The notes beneath the pieces were generated by a model, which saw only the letters and a program-made list of their open reading frames with translations, did no database searches and had not been told where the DNA came from. A DNA stretch of 64,000 bases, from contig CDRNVI010000053.1 of assembly GCA_977017575.1 (NCBI GenBank), forward strand, positions 868,001-932,000. The letters run 5' to 3'. A program made the position numbers and the translations under genes. Source of the DNA: Paramoeba atlantica. Its lineage: Eukaryota > Protista > Discosea. Below, piece by piece: positions 31,720 through 42,736 of this stretch (positions are counted from its first letter, which is position 1; each line of letters begins with the position of its first letter).

Positions 31720-34700
31720 ATGGCGACTGAAAGCAATCGAGAGCTTTTCTTATCACGCATTTCGAAATCTCGCCCTTTTTTGGGTCTTGATAGCGAAAGC
31801 CTTGATGTTTGCATCTGCATTTGTGTTGGCGCTCTATCTTCGGACAGTCCCGAAAATCAGAAATCCGTTGCTTTAAATACGCATTTTCTAGGAAGCGCTG
31901 CGCAGCGAACACTAATTGTCCTTTCTTCAACAGAAATGTATCTTTTTTCCGAGTCTGAAACGGATACGATGGACCTTCACAAGGACTATTTTCTTATGGA
32001 TGATGGCAACCCTACTCCGAATGTACATTGGCAACCTGTTTCGGATTCTGATGCTTCCCCTACGCTTGAAACTACATTGTCTAAATTTTCCAAAGTAGGA
32101 TACATCAAAAAGGAGCTAACTTATCAAGAAGGATATCTTGCTCTTGCTTTTTCACAATTTGTGAACCATCATTTGAAAGCACAGGAAGTCCAGAATTCTG
32201 ACGCTATCGAAGTAACCGTAACAATCGAAGATGTAGCCGCCAAAGTAAGCGAAGTTCTTGTTCGAAAAGACACCAAAGCTGTGGATGCTATGAGAAAAGC
32301 AGGATCGTTTGCCTCTGTCATTACTAAATCCATGATTTTCCCCCGTTTAGATGAAATTTTGTCCAATGACGTTGAAATACCTATGAGTGAGTTCGCACTT
32401 CAGATTGAAGACTGTATTCGACATCCTAATAAAATTTCTGGTCTTGAAAGCTTAATGGCAAAAAACTATGGCATTGCCATTGAGCCTGCGGTTATTAAGG
32501 GAGGTGGCGGACCTCTAAAATTGATATACGATGATCCCATTTCAGACAAGCCCATAGCACCTGGTATTATTATTTCAGCGTACGGAGTTCGCTACATGGG
32601 TTACGTTGGTTACATAGCTCGTAGCTTTTTGTACAACACCACCAAGGCACAGCAGGATGCATATTCGAGTCTGCTGGCACTAATGGATTGGCTTACGAAT
32701 GCGATGCGCGTCGGAGAGACGGTAAAAAACATTTACAGCAAAACCCGGACATGGTATGTAGATGCTTATCCTAATCTACATTCCTATTTAGGCCGGTCCT
32801 TCGGATTTGGTATTGGCCTTGAAATTATGGCGTCAAGTATGGCACTGACCGAACGTAATTCTCGTATTTTAGAAAGCGGAATGACGTTCGCCATTCGGCT
32901 AGTACTTGAAGACGTTGTGAATGAAGGAAAGAAATTTTCTCTTCTACTAGCTGATATGGTACACGTTCGAGCGGAAGAGGATTCAGTGGAGGTCCTAACA
33001 CAACGTGCACCATCGGATCTTCGTGATGTTGTGCGCCAAATTGGAGACGACAGTTCTTCCGAAAGTGAGGCTGGAGAGGAGCCAGCCCCAGAAGGAATTG
33101 CTCTAAGGCTTCGAAACTCCGGCCGCAATAGTGGTGCAGCATTGCAACAGGAAACCTTGCGGAAGGAACAGCAACGGAAGATAATGGAACAACGGCGCCG
33201 TGACGCGGAAGAACAACAGGGTCAACAAGTGAAAAAGGAAGAAAAGGATTTTACGGAGATTGCAAAATTGGCGAAGGGTGATTTGAAACCTCTTACCAAT
33301 GCCAATGAATCATATCTTTCTTCGTTCGCTTCTCGTTATGGTTGTGGAATTCATATTGATCAAAGTCGAGAACTGATTCTTTTGCCAGGTCTCATAAATC
33401 CGCATACTTTGACTCCCATTCATTTATCAATGATACGAACAGTCGAGTCGAAAGCAGAAGGTTCAGATTTCACACTGCTTCGCCTGCAATTTCATGCCCT
33501 TCAAGATACCAATGCCGCATATAGGTGCAATAAGAACTCTACTTTCTTGCGCGAAATTTCATACCGAATTAAAAAAGGAGTTGAAGCTGGCAACATTGCA
33601 CGAGAAATTAAGACTATTCAAACGTTAATTAAGCAACGTGAGACGGCCCGTAAAGCTCAAGGCGACGTTATTGATCAGCAGGGTCTAGTAATGTCTCGCA
33701 CACTTGACAAAATTCTCAAAGATGTGAAATGCTACCCGAATCCTCGTGTTTCATCTACCGGACGGAGCACTGGGGTTCCCATAGCTGGCCACTTGGAGGT
33801 ACATGTAAACGGTACTCGCTATGTTCAACGTGACTCGAACCCTCTTATTATTTTGTTTAACAATGTAAAAACATGCATTTTCCAGCCCTCTGAAAATGAT
33901 CCCAAAGTTCTTCTTCATTTTCACTTGAAGCAGCCAATACAAGTCGGAAAACGCAAGACGGTGGACGTCCAGTTTTATTTGGATGTCTCGGATGAAAGTG
34001 ATGTCGCACATTATGGACACACTCGATGGGAAGATGAAGTTGAACAGGAAGAGCACGAACGACAGCGCATATCTCGTCTAAATTCTGAGTTTCTTCATTT
34101 TTCAAAAAAGCTAGAAACTGCACTGCAACGGCGCGTCGAGACACCTTTACGTAAATTTCACTTCTTTGGCACGCATGACAAGGCTATGGTAAAATTCAAA
34201 GGCTCGGAACGCACCCTATTTAGCCTTTGTGAAGCCCCCGTTTTTGTACAAGTCATGCAGGACGTTCAAATTGCCGTATTCGAACGCGTTACAGATATGA
34301 AGCGAAGTTTTGACGTGACTTTTATTCGCAACAATTACACTACTGTGACGATTAATAACATTGAATTCAAACTCCTTGACAAAGTAAAAGATTGGTTAAA
34401 CGAGGCAAAAGTGAAGTACTACGAGATGGGAGTCAATCTTATGTGGAAATCAATTCTGGGTGATATTAAGGACGATCCAGAATGGGATCCTTGGGGCCAT
34501 GAAGGATGGGATTACATTTTAAATGATGATGGGGACGGAAGTGACGACGATAGCGACGAGGGTATGGACAGCGACTCCGAGTACGTTTACAGCGAAGATG
34601 ACAGCGATACCTCAGACGACAGCATTGATTCCAAATTAGTGAGTGAGGAAAGTTCGGAATATGAGCCTTCCTCTGAGGCTACGGAAGACAGTGAGGAGGG

Positions 34701-34848
34701 GATGGATTGGGACGACTTGGAGCGCAGAGCAGCTTCGGAGGATAGACAACGTGGGAATGAGTCAGATGACTCCCGGCGAGCGAAAAAACGGTCTCGGGAG
34801 AAGGATCGGAGTGTTAGATCAGGTAAGAATAAAGGTCCGAGTCGGTGA
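31720..34848 (+). CDS. SPT16: FACT complex subunit Spt16
   Basis: Peptidase-M24-like domain (RYMGYVGYIARS, FGFGIGLE), middle domain (GHLEVHVNGTRY, LHFHLKQPIQVGKRKTVDVQFY), PH domain and acidic C-terminal tail. Confidence 0.95.
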   Translation: MATESNRELFLSRISKSRPFLGLDSESLDVCICICVGALSSDSPENQKSVALNTHFLGSAAQRTLIVLSSTEMYLFSESETDTMDLHKDYFLMDDGNPTPNVHWQPVSDSDASPTLETTLSKFSKVGYIKKELTYQEGYLALAFSQFVNHHLKAQEVQNSDAIEVTVTIEDVAAKVSEVLVRKDTKAVDAMRKAGSFASVITKSMIFPRLDEILSNDVEIPMSEFALQIEDCIRHPNKISGLESLMAKNYGIAIEPAVIKGGGGPLKLIYDDPISDKPIAPGIIISAYGVRYMGYVGYIARSFLYNTTKAQQDAYSSLLALMDWLTNAMRVGETVKNIYSKTRTWYVDAYPNLHSYLGRSFGFGIGLEIMASSMALTERNSRILESGMTFAIRLVLEDVVNEGKKFSLLLADMVHVRAEEDSVEVLTQRAPSDLRDVVRQIGDDSSSESEAGEEPAPEGIALRLRNSGRNSGAALQQETLRKEQQRKIMEQRRRDAEEQQGQQVKKEEKDFTEIAKLAKGDLKPLTNANESYLSSFASRYGCGIHIDQSRELILLPGLINPHTLTPIHLSMIRTVESKAEGSDFTLLRLQFHALQDTNAAYRCNKNSTFLREISYRIKKGVEAGNIAREIKTIQTLIKQRETARKAQGDVIDQQGLVMSRTLDKILKDVKCYPNPRVSSTGRSTGVPIAGHLEVHVNGTRYVQRDSNPLIILFNNVKTCIFQPSENDPKVLLHFHLKQPIQVGKRKTVDVQFYLDVSDESDVAHYGHTRWEDEVEQEEHERQRISRLNSEFLHFSKKLETALQRRVETPLRKFHFFGTHDKAMVKFKGSERTLFSLCEAPVFVQVMQDVQIAVFERVTDMKRSFDVTFIRNNYTTVTINNIEFKLLDKVKDWLNEAKVKYYEMGVNLMWKSILGDIKDDPEWDPWGHEGWDYILNDDGDGSDDDSDEGMDSDSEYVYSEDDSDTSDDSIDSKLVSEESSEYEPSSEATEDSEEGMDWDDLERRAASEDRQRGNESDDSRRAKKRSREKDRSVRSGKNKGPSR

Positions 34849-35306
34849 TGATGATCTCTAGACCACATCTCTGTTCAAACGATATTGTAGTGTTGTTTTT
34901 TATTATCCACACATCTTTGTTGCATTTTACATCTTTTGTAGGATTTCAATGTTTCGTACCTTTGAAAATACTTTTCGTATTTCTCATATGACTTTAAACA
35001 ATATTGCGGATTACAAATATTTTGGGATATCACAACAGAGCAAGTCTGTTTTTTTATTCGGAACTAATTTTTACGTTGCACTTCGTACCTGTAGTCTTTA
35101 AAAGTTATTACTATGAATAAAGTTCGTTTTCTTCTACACTCCTTTAGTTGATTATACATTGTAGATTTCACAATATCAAACTTCGTATGAAGTTTATTCA
35201 AGAACGTCGCTCGAAAAGTTTTTTACGGTTCTGTACCTCTACTTATAGATATGTACAATTCTTGCTTCTAGCATTTTCTACTTTGCCATTCATATTTCTT
35301 TAGTTA

Positions 35307-35669
35307 ATGCTTCGTCGAACGTTTCTTGGCCGTTTTCAGATGAATAAAGGTCCTCAGTACCCAGGACCTACTCTTGCGGGCTGGGGAAGAACTACTCAAA
35401 AACGTCGACTTGAATATGAAACCACAGAGAGCCGAGTTCACAAGCGAATGTGCGCCCCAGGAACGGAACTTGCAGGTTATGAAAGTCGAACCACAGATTA
35501 TATGGAAATGCGTGTTTGGTCAGGATGGCCTGGTCGTATCGGACTTTGGCTTACAAATTTTTCAAAACACTATGCATTAATGTTTCTTCCTGGATGTGGT
35601 CCTCTTTTTTTGGTATACTATGGTGCGTATAAATATGACCAAGCTATGCAACGCTGGGCATGGTGGTGA
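35307..35669 (+). CDS. small mitochondrial membrane protein, possibly cytochrome bc1 subunit QCR8-like
   Basis: MLRR-type presequence and a single C-terminal TM helix (YALMFLPGCGPLFLVYYGAY) whose position resembles QCR8. The family call is tentative. Confidence 0.6.
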   Translation: MLRRTFLGRFQMNKGPQYPGPTLAGWGRTTQKRRLEYETTESRVHKRMCAPGTELAGYESRTTDYMEMRVWSGWPGRIGLWLTNFSKHYALMFLPGCGPLFLVYYGAYKYDQAMQRWAWW

Positions 35670-36112
35670 GCGATTTGAAACTGTGGCCATGTTTTTAAGG
35701 TTTTATGTGAACGTAATCTTATATACTATCTGTCCACATTCATTATTTATTTGTTTCACTCACGCACAGCATTTTTTATACACTATGTATAAACAGGTAA
35801 ATGCATGAACCACATATTTTAAGTTTTCCTTGGATTTTTTTGTGAAGTCACCTAGTACTGATTTTGCATATTTTTTCAACTGAAATTTCTGAATATTACC
35901 TTCCTTTCGTGTTGCGTACTCATTTATATTTATGTACGCATTCGTGTATACATAACTAGATTGTGTAGCGCATTTCATATAAACAGAAATATACGTTACA
36001 TACGATATAAACAAAACATATTCTTACGTTTTTATCCATAATTACATCTTATAAACTTTTATAAACACACAAACTCTTTTTTTAGAAGCTTAGTTTTCTG
36101 CACTGTGTTTAA

Positions 36113-36472
36113 ATGACTGATCCATATACTAGAGAGGATGACTTACGTTATCAGCGCTTTTGTTCTATCCCAACTCAGGAACTTACAAGAGAGCAAAGGA
36201 ATGAATTCGCGCACCTGAAAAATAAGCATGAGCGCTTCGTGAAACGAGGTCTCCGCATTTTGAGAACTCGTACAAGGAAACACAGTTCTCATTATCCGCT
36301 TGAAGAATCACTTTCGGCGGGTCATATTCATTCACAAAAGCCTGTGCGGTCTGATAGAGGGTCACATTTGGGGTCTCCTTTGGGTATCTTTACAGCACTC
36401 TGGAAGTCTTTTCGTCATTTTTGCGAACAGCAAAAATCCTCTAAAGTCACTTCTGATCGTAAAAATAGATGA
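36113..36472 (+). CDS. small hypothetical protein
   Basis: 119-aa ATG ORF on the array strand. No motif. Confidence 0.5.
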   Translation: MTDPYTREDDLRYQRFCSIPTQELTREQRNEFAHLKNKHERFVKRGLRILRTRTRKHSSHYPLEESLSAGHIHSQKPVRSDRGSHLGSPLGIFTALWKSFRHFCEQQKSSKVTSDRKNR

Positions 36473-36810
36473 GCTTTCGTTTGTGTTTGAAGTTACGCCT
36501 CAGTCGTGTGTATTTCCAGTGTTCTTGTTATTTCGTATATTAAATCTTTTTGTTCTTGTGCATACGTAGAAATAGAATCTGATCCACTGGAAATCATGGA
36601 ATTTGAAACACACATTTTATAGCATAGAAAAATGAAGGAAACGCTAACGAAATGCTTATACGCTTTTTTTTATTGGTTGATGGAAAACTTGCTCAATTTT
36701 AGTTCATGATTAATCCGTGTAAACATTTATGTGTGCTTATACGTGTATGAGCATGTATCTAGGTTTTTTTGCCTATTAAACCGTACTCTTGGTATAATTT
36801 ATCTCACTTT

Positions 36811-37119
36811 ATGTTGCGTTCTCGTGTTCTTCAGGTTGGGGTGGAAGGTGGCGTTCCTTTGAGCGTTATTCACGACTCAAAATACTTAGCGCACCGCCTC
36901 AGGACCTTAGGACAAAGCGAAAAAACTTGGAAACCATCTTTACTAACAGACGAAGAAGTGCAACGGTTGGCAATCTCAACACATTCTCCAGAGAGCTACT
37001 TTAACAAAAAGCGCGGAGTAACCGACCCAGAGTGGGTTGTACGAGAAGATATCGAGGCTAAACATAGTCCCACACGCTACGGAGATTGGGAGAAGAATGG
37101 AAGATGTATCGATTTTTAA
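36811..37119 (+). CDS. SDHAF4: succinate dehydrogenase assembly factor 4 (DUF1674)
   Basis: C-terminal signature PTRYGDWEKNGRCIDF. ATG at 36811 gives an MLRSR presequence. Confidence 0.9.
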   Translation: MLRSRVLQVGVEGGVPLSVIHDSKYLAHRLRTLGQSEKTWKPSLLTDEEVQRLAISTHSPESYFNKKRGVTDPEWVVREDIEAKHSPTRYGDWEKNGRCIDF

Positions 37120-38091
37120 TCATCTCTATTTGTGATAGAGACGATAGCACCTCGATTGCCTCAACCGACACGTAGAGTATACCAACGCAAATTAATGCAA
37201 TAATTAGTTTTTCAATATATTCCGCACTAAGTAACGTTATTTCCTAATTGTTGCGTGGACGATAGTCACTGAAAGGATATACAGTATGCAAAAAAACTGT
37301 TCACATGTTTGACACTTTTTTGTTGTTGGTATTTCCCTGTGGCCAGGTGTCGTGTGCATTGAAGTAGTATAACAGAGTAGTGTACGCGTGGGTACTAGGT
37401 ATATGTTGCCATAGAGCTTCCGACTCAATCGGCTTTGTAACAAAAGTGTGATCATATGCAAGTAAAGAAAAACATGTGAACAGTTTTTTGCAATTTCGAG
37501 GTAAGATTTTTTAGGCGAAAAACACAATTTACTGATGCATAAAAACGAAGTATGTACCTTCAAATGAATACTAGCGTAACTCTTTCTTGTGTCTTGATTG
37601 ATGTCTATATGCGCCTACGCATGCTGTCGACCAAGGAATGGCTTAACCTTGTGGTATGCTTGCTCATTCCTATTTGACCTGACTTTAGAGCTCCAGAACA
37701 CCTGTGAATCGAGTTGCGCGACTCGCAATTGTTCTTTTTGAATGTTCTCTGCATGTGTTCTGGGGCTCCGAGGTGCGCCTAATGGGCTGTACATTCAAAA
37801 ATCTTGTAAATCTCATTAACAGAGAAGATCTTCGTCAACTTGCGACGCGAGCTCTCCTCCCCCGTTCATCTCTGGCAAATTCAGACCCCCATGTAATCCA
37901 CTCATTTTGAGCGGCTAATGGCATAGTGTGGCATTATTCTTCATTATTATCGTATGAAAAATCAACGAACAGTTCAGTATTCGTGTACGTACATACATGT
38001 ACATAGAATCTTACATACCATGGCATCTTTTCACTGTAACGCAAAAATGACCTTCAAATATAGTTTTTTTGTGCTTGTCCTTACTTCACCA

Positions 38092-39300
38092 ATGTCAACC
38101 GACGCTTCGAGCGCTCCAGCTACCCAAAGCGACGACTTTCTAATTACCACCACCGGTGGCTCCATGGTCTCCAGCCTTTGCTTCGCGGAACCACCCGGGA
38201 TGCCCTCCGTCATGGCCTACACCACCTGGGACGGTTCCGTCTCCGTATGGAGTCTCTCCACCACAACCAACTCCCTCGGTGTCGTCACCTCCCTTACCCC
38301 CTCCCCACTATGGGAACTTCCCACCCCCACAGGCTCCTCCCCCAGCAACACTGAACTCCTCTCCACGCCGCTCTCCTCCTCCCCCTCCGTCCCCTCCTCT
38401 CTCCCCTCCACCGTCACATCCACACTCGGCGCTACCACGCCCCCACCCACACCCTCCCCCTCCCCCTCCCCCTCCCCTCTGCTGTGCTCCACCCTCACCC
38501 CCGCGGGCCATCTCTACCTCGGCGGCTGCAGTCACTACGTCCACCAGTACAACCTGGCGGCCCCTGACTGTACCCCTACGGTGGTGGCCCAGCACGACGC
38601 CCCGGTCCGCAGCCTGGCCTGGATCCCCCAGGTCGGGCTTCTCGTCACCGCGGGGTGGGACGCCCTTGTGCGGTTCTGGGACACCCGGCAGTCGCGTCCC
38701 ACCGCGGAGGTGCGCTGCCCGGGTCCCATCCACGGGATGGACTTCTCGTTGGCCCCGAAAGCGGCGATTCTGTGTGCGCGCCGGGTGTTGCTGTATAACA
38801 TGGTGTCGATGGGGATTGCGGCGGAGCTGGAACCGTACACGGCGGTGCGTCACCAGATGCGGTGTGTGGCGTTGTCTCGGGATGGGGAGGCGGTTGCGGC
38901 GGGGAGTGTGGATGGGAGGGTTATGGTGAAGTTTATCGACCCCTCCCAGGAGAAGAAAACGTTTAGTTTTAGAGCCCACGCGGATCCGGGTCGTGGGGAG
39001 GGGGTTTATCCGGTGAATAGTGTACAGTACCACCCACTGGGTACGCTGCTCACCGCAGGGTCGGACGGGGTTGTGAAATGTTGGGATGTGGAAGAGCGCA
39101 AAGAGTGCTCCTGCTTCCGTCTCGGGTACCTACCTATCTCTTGCGCGCAACTGAACACAAGTGGGACGCTTCTTGGGTTTGCGCTCAGTTATGACTGGAC
39201 CCGAGGGGCTCAGCACTATTCCCCGTCCCGTGTGGGAGGGGTGGTGGTCAAGGCCCTCTCTCCCAAGTACGTGAATAAGTATAACGCGGCGAAAAGATAG
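38092..39300 (+). CDS. RAE1: mRNA export factor Rae1/Gle2 (WD40)
   Basis: QHDAPVRSLAW, LVTAGWDALVRFWDTRQ, AGSVDGRV, FSFRAH, YPVNSVQYHP, FALSYDWTRG (Rae1 rather than Bub3). Upstream in-frame ATGs exist at 37954 and 38020. Confidence 0.85.
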   Translation: MSTDASSAPATQSDDFLITTTGGSMVSSLCFAEPPGMPSVMAYTTWDGSVSVWSLSTTTNSLGVVTSLTPSPLWELPTPTGSSPSNTELLSTPLSSSPSVPSSLPSTVTSTLGATTPPPTPSPSPSPSPLLCSTLTPAGHLYLGGCSHYVHQYNLAAPDCTPTVVAQHDAPVRSLAWIPQVGLLVTAGWDALVRFWDTRQSRPTAEVRCPGPIHGMDFSLAPKAAILCARRVLLYNMVSMGIAAELEPYTAVRHQMRCVALSRDGEAVAAGSVDGRVMVKFIDPSQEKKTFSFRAHADPGRGEGVYPVNSVQYHPLGTLLTAGSDGVVKCWDVEERKECSCFRLGYLPISCAQLNTSGTLLGFALSYDWTRGAQHYSPSRVGGVVVKALSPKYVNKYNAAKR

Positions 39301-39554
39301 TGAATTCGAGCTTACTTTTGGGACGATGACAAGGTGGATGGGAGATTTTCGGGTTTCTGTTGACCTTGATTACAGTTAACGTAGATGGTGTTTTATAACG
39401 AATTTACATGAATGCCTCAATCTTTTTTCGTTGGTTGTGTTTTCGAAAATGTTACTTAAGTATTTAAAGATTTATTATCACCTAAGAACCTTCATATTAG
39501 AGTAACTTTTTTTTCTGGATCTTATTCGTTCTTTGGTCTTTTTTTCTTTTACGT

Positions 39555-41558
39555 ATGCGCCGAGCAATCATTTTTGGTGTGCGCCCAAGCGCTCAAGAGA
39601 TTTCCTCTCTCCCCTTTCGAATGGAATTTTCAGATCAAAGCAATTCTTTTTTTGAATTCACAGTTGACGCTTCCTCTTGCTATCAAGTACCACGGGAACT
39701 CTGGGGCAAGCGATTGCACTGGGCTATGCCTAGCTCATCCAAGATTGAGCATTCCGAAAATGAAAATGACGAATTACATTCGGAGGGTAGTACCAAGCGT
39801 GTTCCTCGAGTTCTCGTAGTTGGTGCTGGAGGCATTGGGTGTGAGCTACTTAAGACGCTTCTTCTTTGTGGCATCCGTAACATCGAGGTGGTTGACATGG
39901 ACACAATTGATGGGTCCAATCTTAACCGTCAGTTTTTATTTACTTTGGACGATGTCGGCAAATCCAAGAGTGAGGTTGCATCCCAAGTACTTTCCGATGG
40001 ATACAATGCGTTCCAATATACACAATCAAAAGAATCATTTCCTTCCGTATCTATTATCGCCCATGTTGGTAATATTACCGACACTAGTAAGTTTTCAAAA
40101 TCTTTTTTTGAAGCTTTCGACGTCGTTTGTTGTGGTCTTGATAATGTCGCTGCTCGCAAGCATGTCAACCGTATGTGTTTTCGTTCGGGTGTTCCTCTCG
40201 TAGAGAGCGGCACCATGGGTTTCAACGGGCAAGTACAGCCCATACAATTTAGGCACACAGAGTGCTATGATTGTCATCCCAAGCCTTCAGGTATTCCCTC
40301 TTTCGCTGTTTGCACCATACACGCACGTCCCACTACCATGATACATTGTGTACATTACGCTAAGGAGCTTTTTGCACGGTTGTTTGGAGCATCAGGTTTT
40401 GGAGAAAGCGACTTGGAGATTGATTCAAATACTCGAGCGGACGCAGATTTACTTTTTGGTTTTATTCATAATAAAAAGATTCGCGAATTGGCTACAAAAT
40501 CTTCTTCGTTTCCAAGAGGTGTTCCTCGTCCAGTGGATCTGAAAGAGAACACTGAATCTGTCGTTCATACATTAGGATCTCAATTCCTAAGTGCCTTTCG
40601 CAACCTCCAGAAACGGGATGGTCCTTTCGCATTTGATAAAGACGATCCCGTAGCTTTAGACTTTGTTTACTCCGTATCTAACCTTCGAGCTTATATCTTT
40701 CGTATTGAGCTCGAAAGTATTTCTCGCATTCAGGCTATAGCAGGTAATATTGTTCCTGCAGTAGCAACATCTAACGCAATTGTCGGAGCTATGGTTGTCA
40801 CACAAGCGCTTCGATATTTAAATATGACTTTGGCACAAGATCCCTGTTTTGTTCACCTTCGTCAATTTCCTTTGATTCGCCGAAGAAAATTCTCTTGGAT
40901 TCCTAATCTTCATTTGGAACCGGGTCGGAAAAATCGCTGTTGTCACGAATCGTATCTAATGCATAGCCACCCTACTGGTCTTCCCGTACCCCACTGCCTC
41001 ACTTGCTCTTCTCATCGAGGATACGCATCTCTTTATATTAACACGTGTGAGACGACGCTAGGTAGCGTAGTACGTAACGTTCTCCAAGGTGAGATGGGCC
41101 TCTCAGACATCTGCATCGATTTAGGTTCTTCTACATTATATGAATCGGGCGAGTTCGAATCTCTTGTCAATGTTCACTGGAGTCATTGGACATTTCCAAA
41201 GTCTTCTCAGCCAAGTAGATTGCCCAATGATGGTAATTCAAACATTGTTGGAGATCAGATTGTTCCCAAGAACTTAGAGCTTACTATCACGGATACAAAT
41301 CAAGATTTGCAGTGGAAACTTGCTTTATTTCACGCCGATCGTCTTGAGAACGATCGTATGTTTGACTTACTTGTACACAATGATGCTCAAGCGAATGCAT
41401 CGCGTGTACCGAATTCTAACTTTCATTCTCATAACTCTACGCTTGTAGAACAAAGCAAAAACAGTGATGATGTTACATCTTACCACCCCAAGCATGCTGC
41501 AAAACGATCTAGGGAAAATTCACATTCTGATGAACCTTCACCTCTAACTTTGGAGTAA
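39555..41558 (+). CDS. UBA2: SUMO-activating enzyme subunit 2 (Uba2/Sae2)
   Basis: VLVVGAGGIGCELLK, DMDTIDGSNLNRQFLF, ECYDC, catalytic CTIHARP..MIHCVHYAKE, AGNIVPAVATSNA. Confidence 0.92.
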   Translation: MRRAIIFGVRPSAQEISSLPFRMEFSDQSNSFFEFTVDASSCYQVPRELWGKRLHWAMPSSSKIEHSENENDELHSEGSTKRVPRVLVVGAGGIGCELLKTLLLCGIRNIEVVDMDTIDGSNLNRQFLFTLDDVGKSKSEVASQVLSDGYNAFQYTQSKESFPSVSIIAHVGNITDTSKFSKSFFEAFDVVCCGLDNVAARKHVNRMCFRSGVPLVESGTMGFNGQVQPIQFRHTECYDCHPKPSGIPSFAVCTIHARPTTMIHCVHYAKELFARLFGASGFGESDLEIDSNTRADADLLFGFIHNKKIRELATKSSSFPRGVPRPVDLKENTESVVHTLGSQFLSAFRNLQKRDGPFAFDKDDPVALDFVYSVSNLRAYIFRIELESISRIQAIAGNIVPAVATSNAIVGAMVVTQALRYLNMTLAQDPCFVHLRQFPLIRRRKFSWIPNLHLEPGRKNRCCHESYLMHSHPTGLPVPHCLTCSSHRGYASLYINTCETTLGSVVRNVLQGEMGLSDICIDLGSSTLYESGEFESLVNVHWSHWTFPKSSQPSRLPNDGNSNIVGDQIVPKNLELTITDTNQDLQWKLALFHADRLENDRMFDLLVHNDAQANASRVPNSNFHSHNSTLVEQSKNSDDVTSYHPKHAAKRSRENSHSDEPSPLTLE

Positions 41559-42736
41559 TTGCAATGCGATGAGTTATAAAAATGAATATTTTTGAGTTTT
41601 ACGCCTATTCTTTCGTATTATTTTATAAACCCCCCCGACGGTTATTGTTCACATTTTTTATTGTTCACAATTTTTTGAAATGACCTTGGTGGATCACCGT
41701 CTTGATTTGCAAAATCTTTTTGAATTGCAGAAGGAATTTCGGTCAAAGGGAACCGGTTTTGCGCCAAAAAAAAATATCTAAAAAATTGCCAAGAAGTTTT
41801 ACTTTTTTTTCTTCTTTTCTCATCACTAATTGAATTTTCTACTTTACTCAGGGCTCAAGGCTTTTAGCACACTCTACACGTTGGTATACAAACTTGTGGT
41901 CCAATAGTCATTGTATAATGTCCCTTTCGCTTATCGCCGCCGAAACTGTGTATGACCAGTTGTCGGTACAAGAAAAATCAGTACAATGCCGACAATTTAT
42001 GTCCAAAGTAGCCAAAAAGATGGAAAAGTATTAGATAAACTGAAGTATTTGCTTCAAAATGACTCTTTAGAATAATTATGACTCTTTTTCCAAACAAATT
42101 ATCTTTTGGCACAAAACAGGTTCCCTTTCACCGGAATTTCATCGAGAAACTTCAAGGGAAATAACATATTGTGTTGTTCCGAGCGACGGTGAAGCAAGCT
42201 CTGTTTCAGCGGACGCGTTGTCAGATGATGATTCTTCCAATATTAGCACAAGTGATGCTACACTCAACGAAGCAAGATCTGAGGAAAATTCTTCTTCAGA
42301 AGCTGCCCTTAATATGTCCCCCATTCCAACTCCTGTACAAAAGCAAGTTCGGGGAAGTCGAAAATTGTTAAGAGGCACCGATACACGAAGCTTTGTTAGA
42401 CGGGACATTCCAAACAAGGTCAAAGATAAAATCTTACGAAAGTGAAACGACCTGGATCAGGAGGACAGAAAATCCATAGCCAGGCTACAAGCATGGGTTC
42501 GAAATAAGTGGAAAGGTCTGTATTCTGTTCATCGAAAGGAGCCAATTGCGCGTTGGGAAAGTTCTCTGTCAGAAGTGCGCACTCAGAAGGGCTTGCGAAA
42601 ATGACCTCCTCTAGAAAACTGTCGCCTTTGAAAATTCATTGAAAGTCCTTTGTAGAGGCGAAGCGCGCTTCTGGAGAGTTTGTAAGCCCCGCTATAGTTC
42701 ATGAGGAAGCAATAAGAGCCCTGTTAGACCCTGATA

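Noticed and set aside
37130-37950. tRNA, snoRNA or spliced-leader RNA gene in the long intergenic gap
   Set aside because: I found no cloverleaf, C/D or H/ACA box pair, or SL exon motif by eye. A covariance-model search could still find one.
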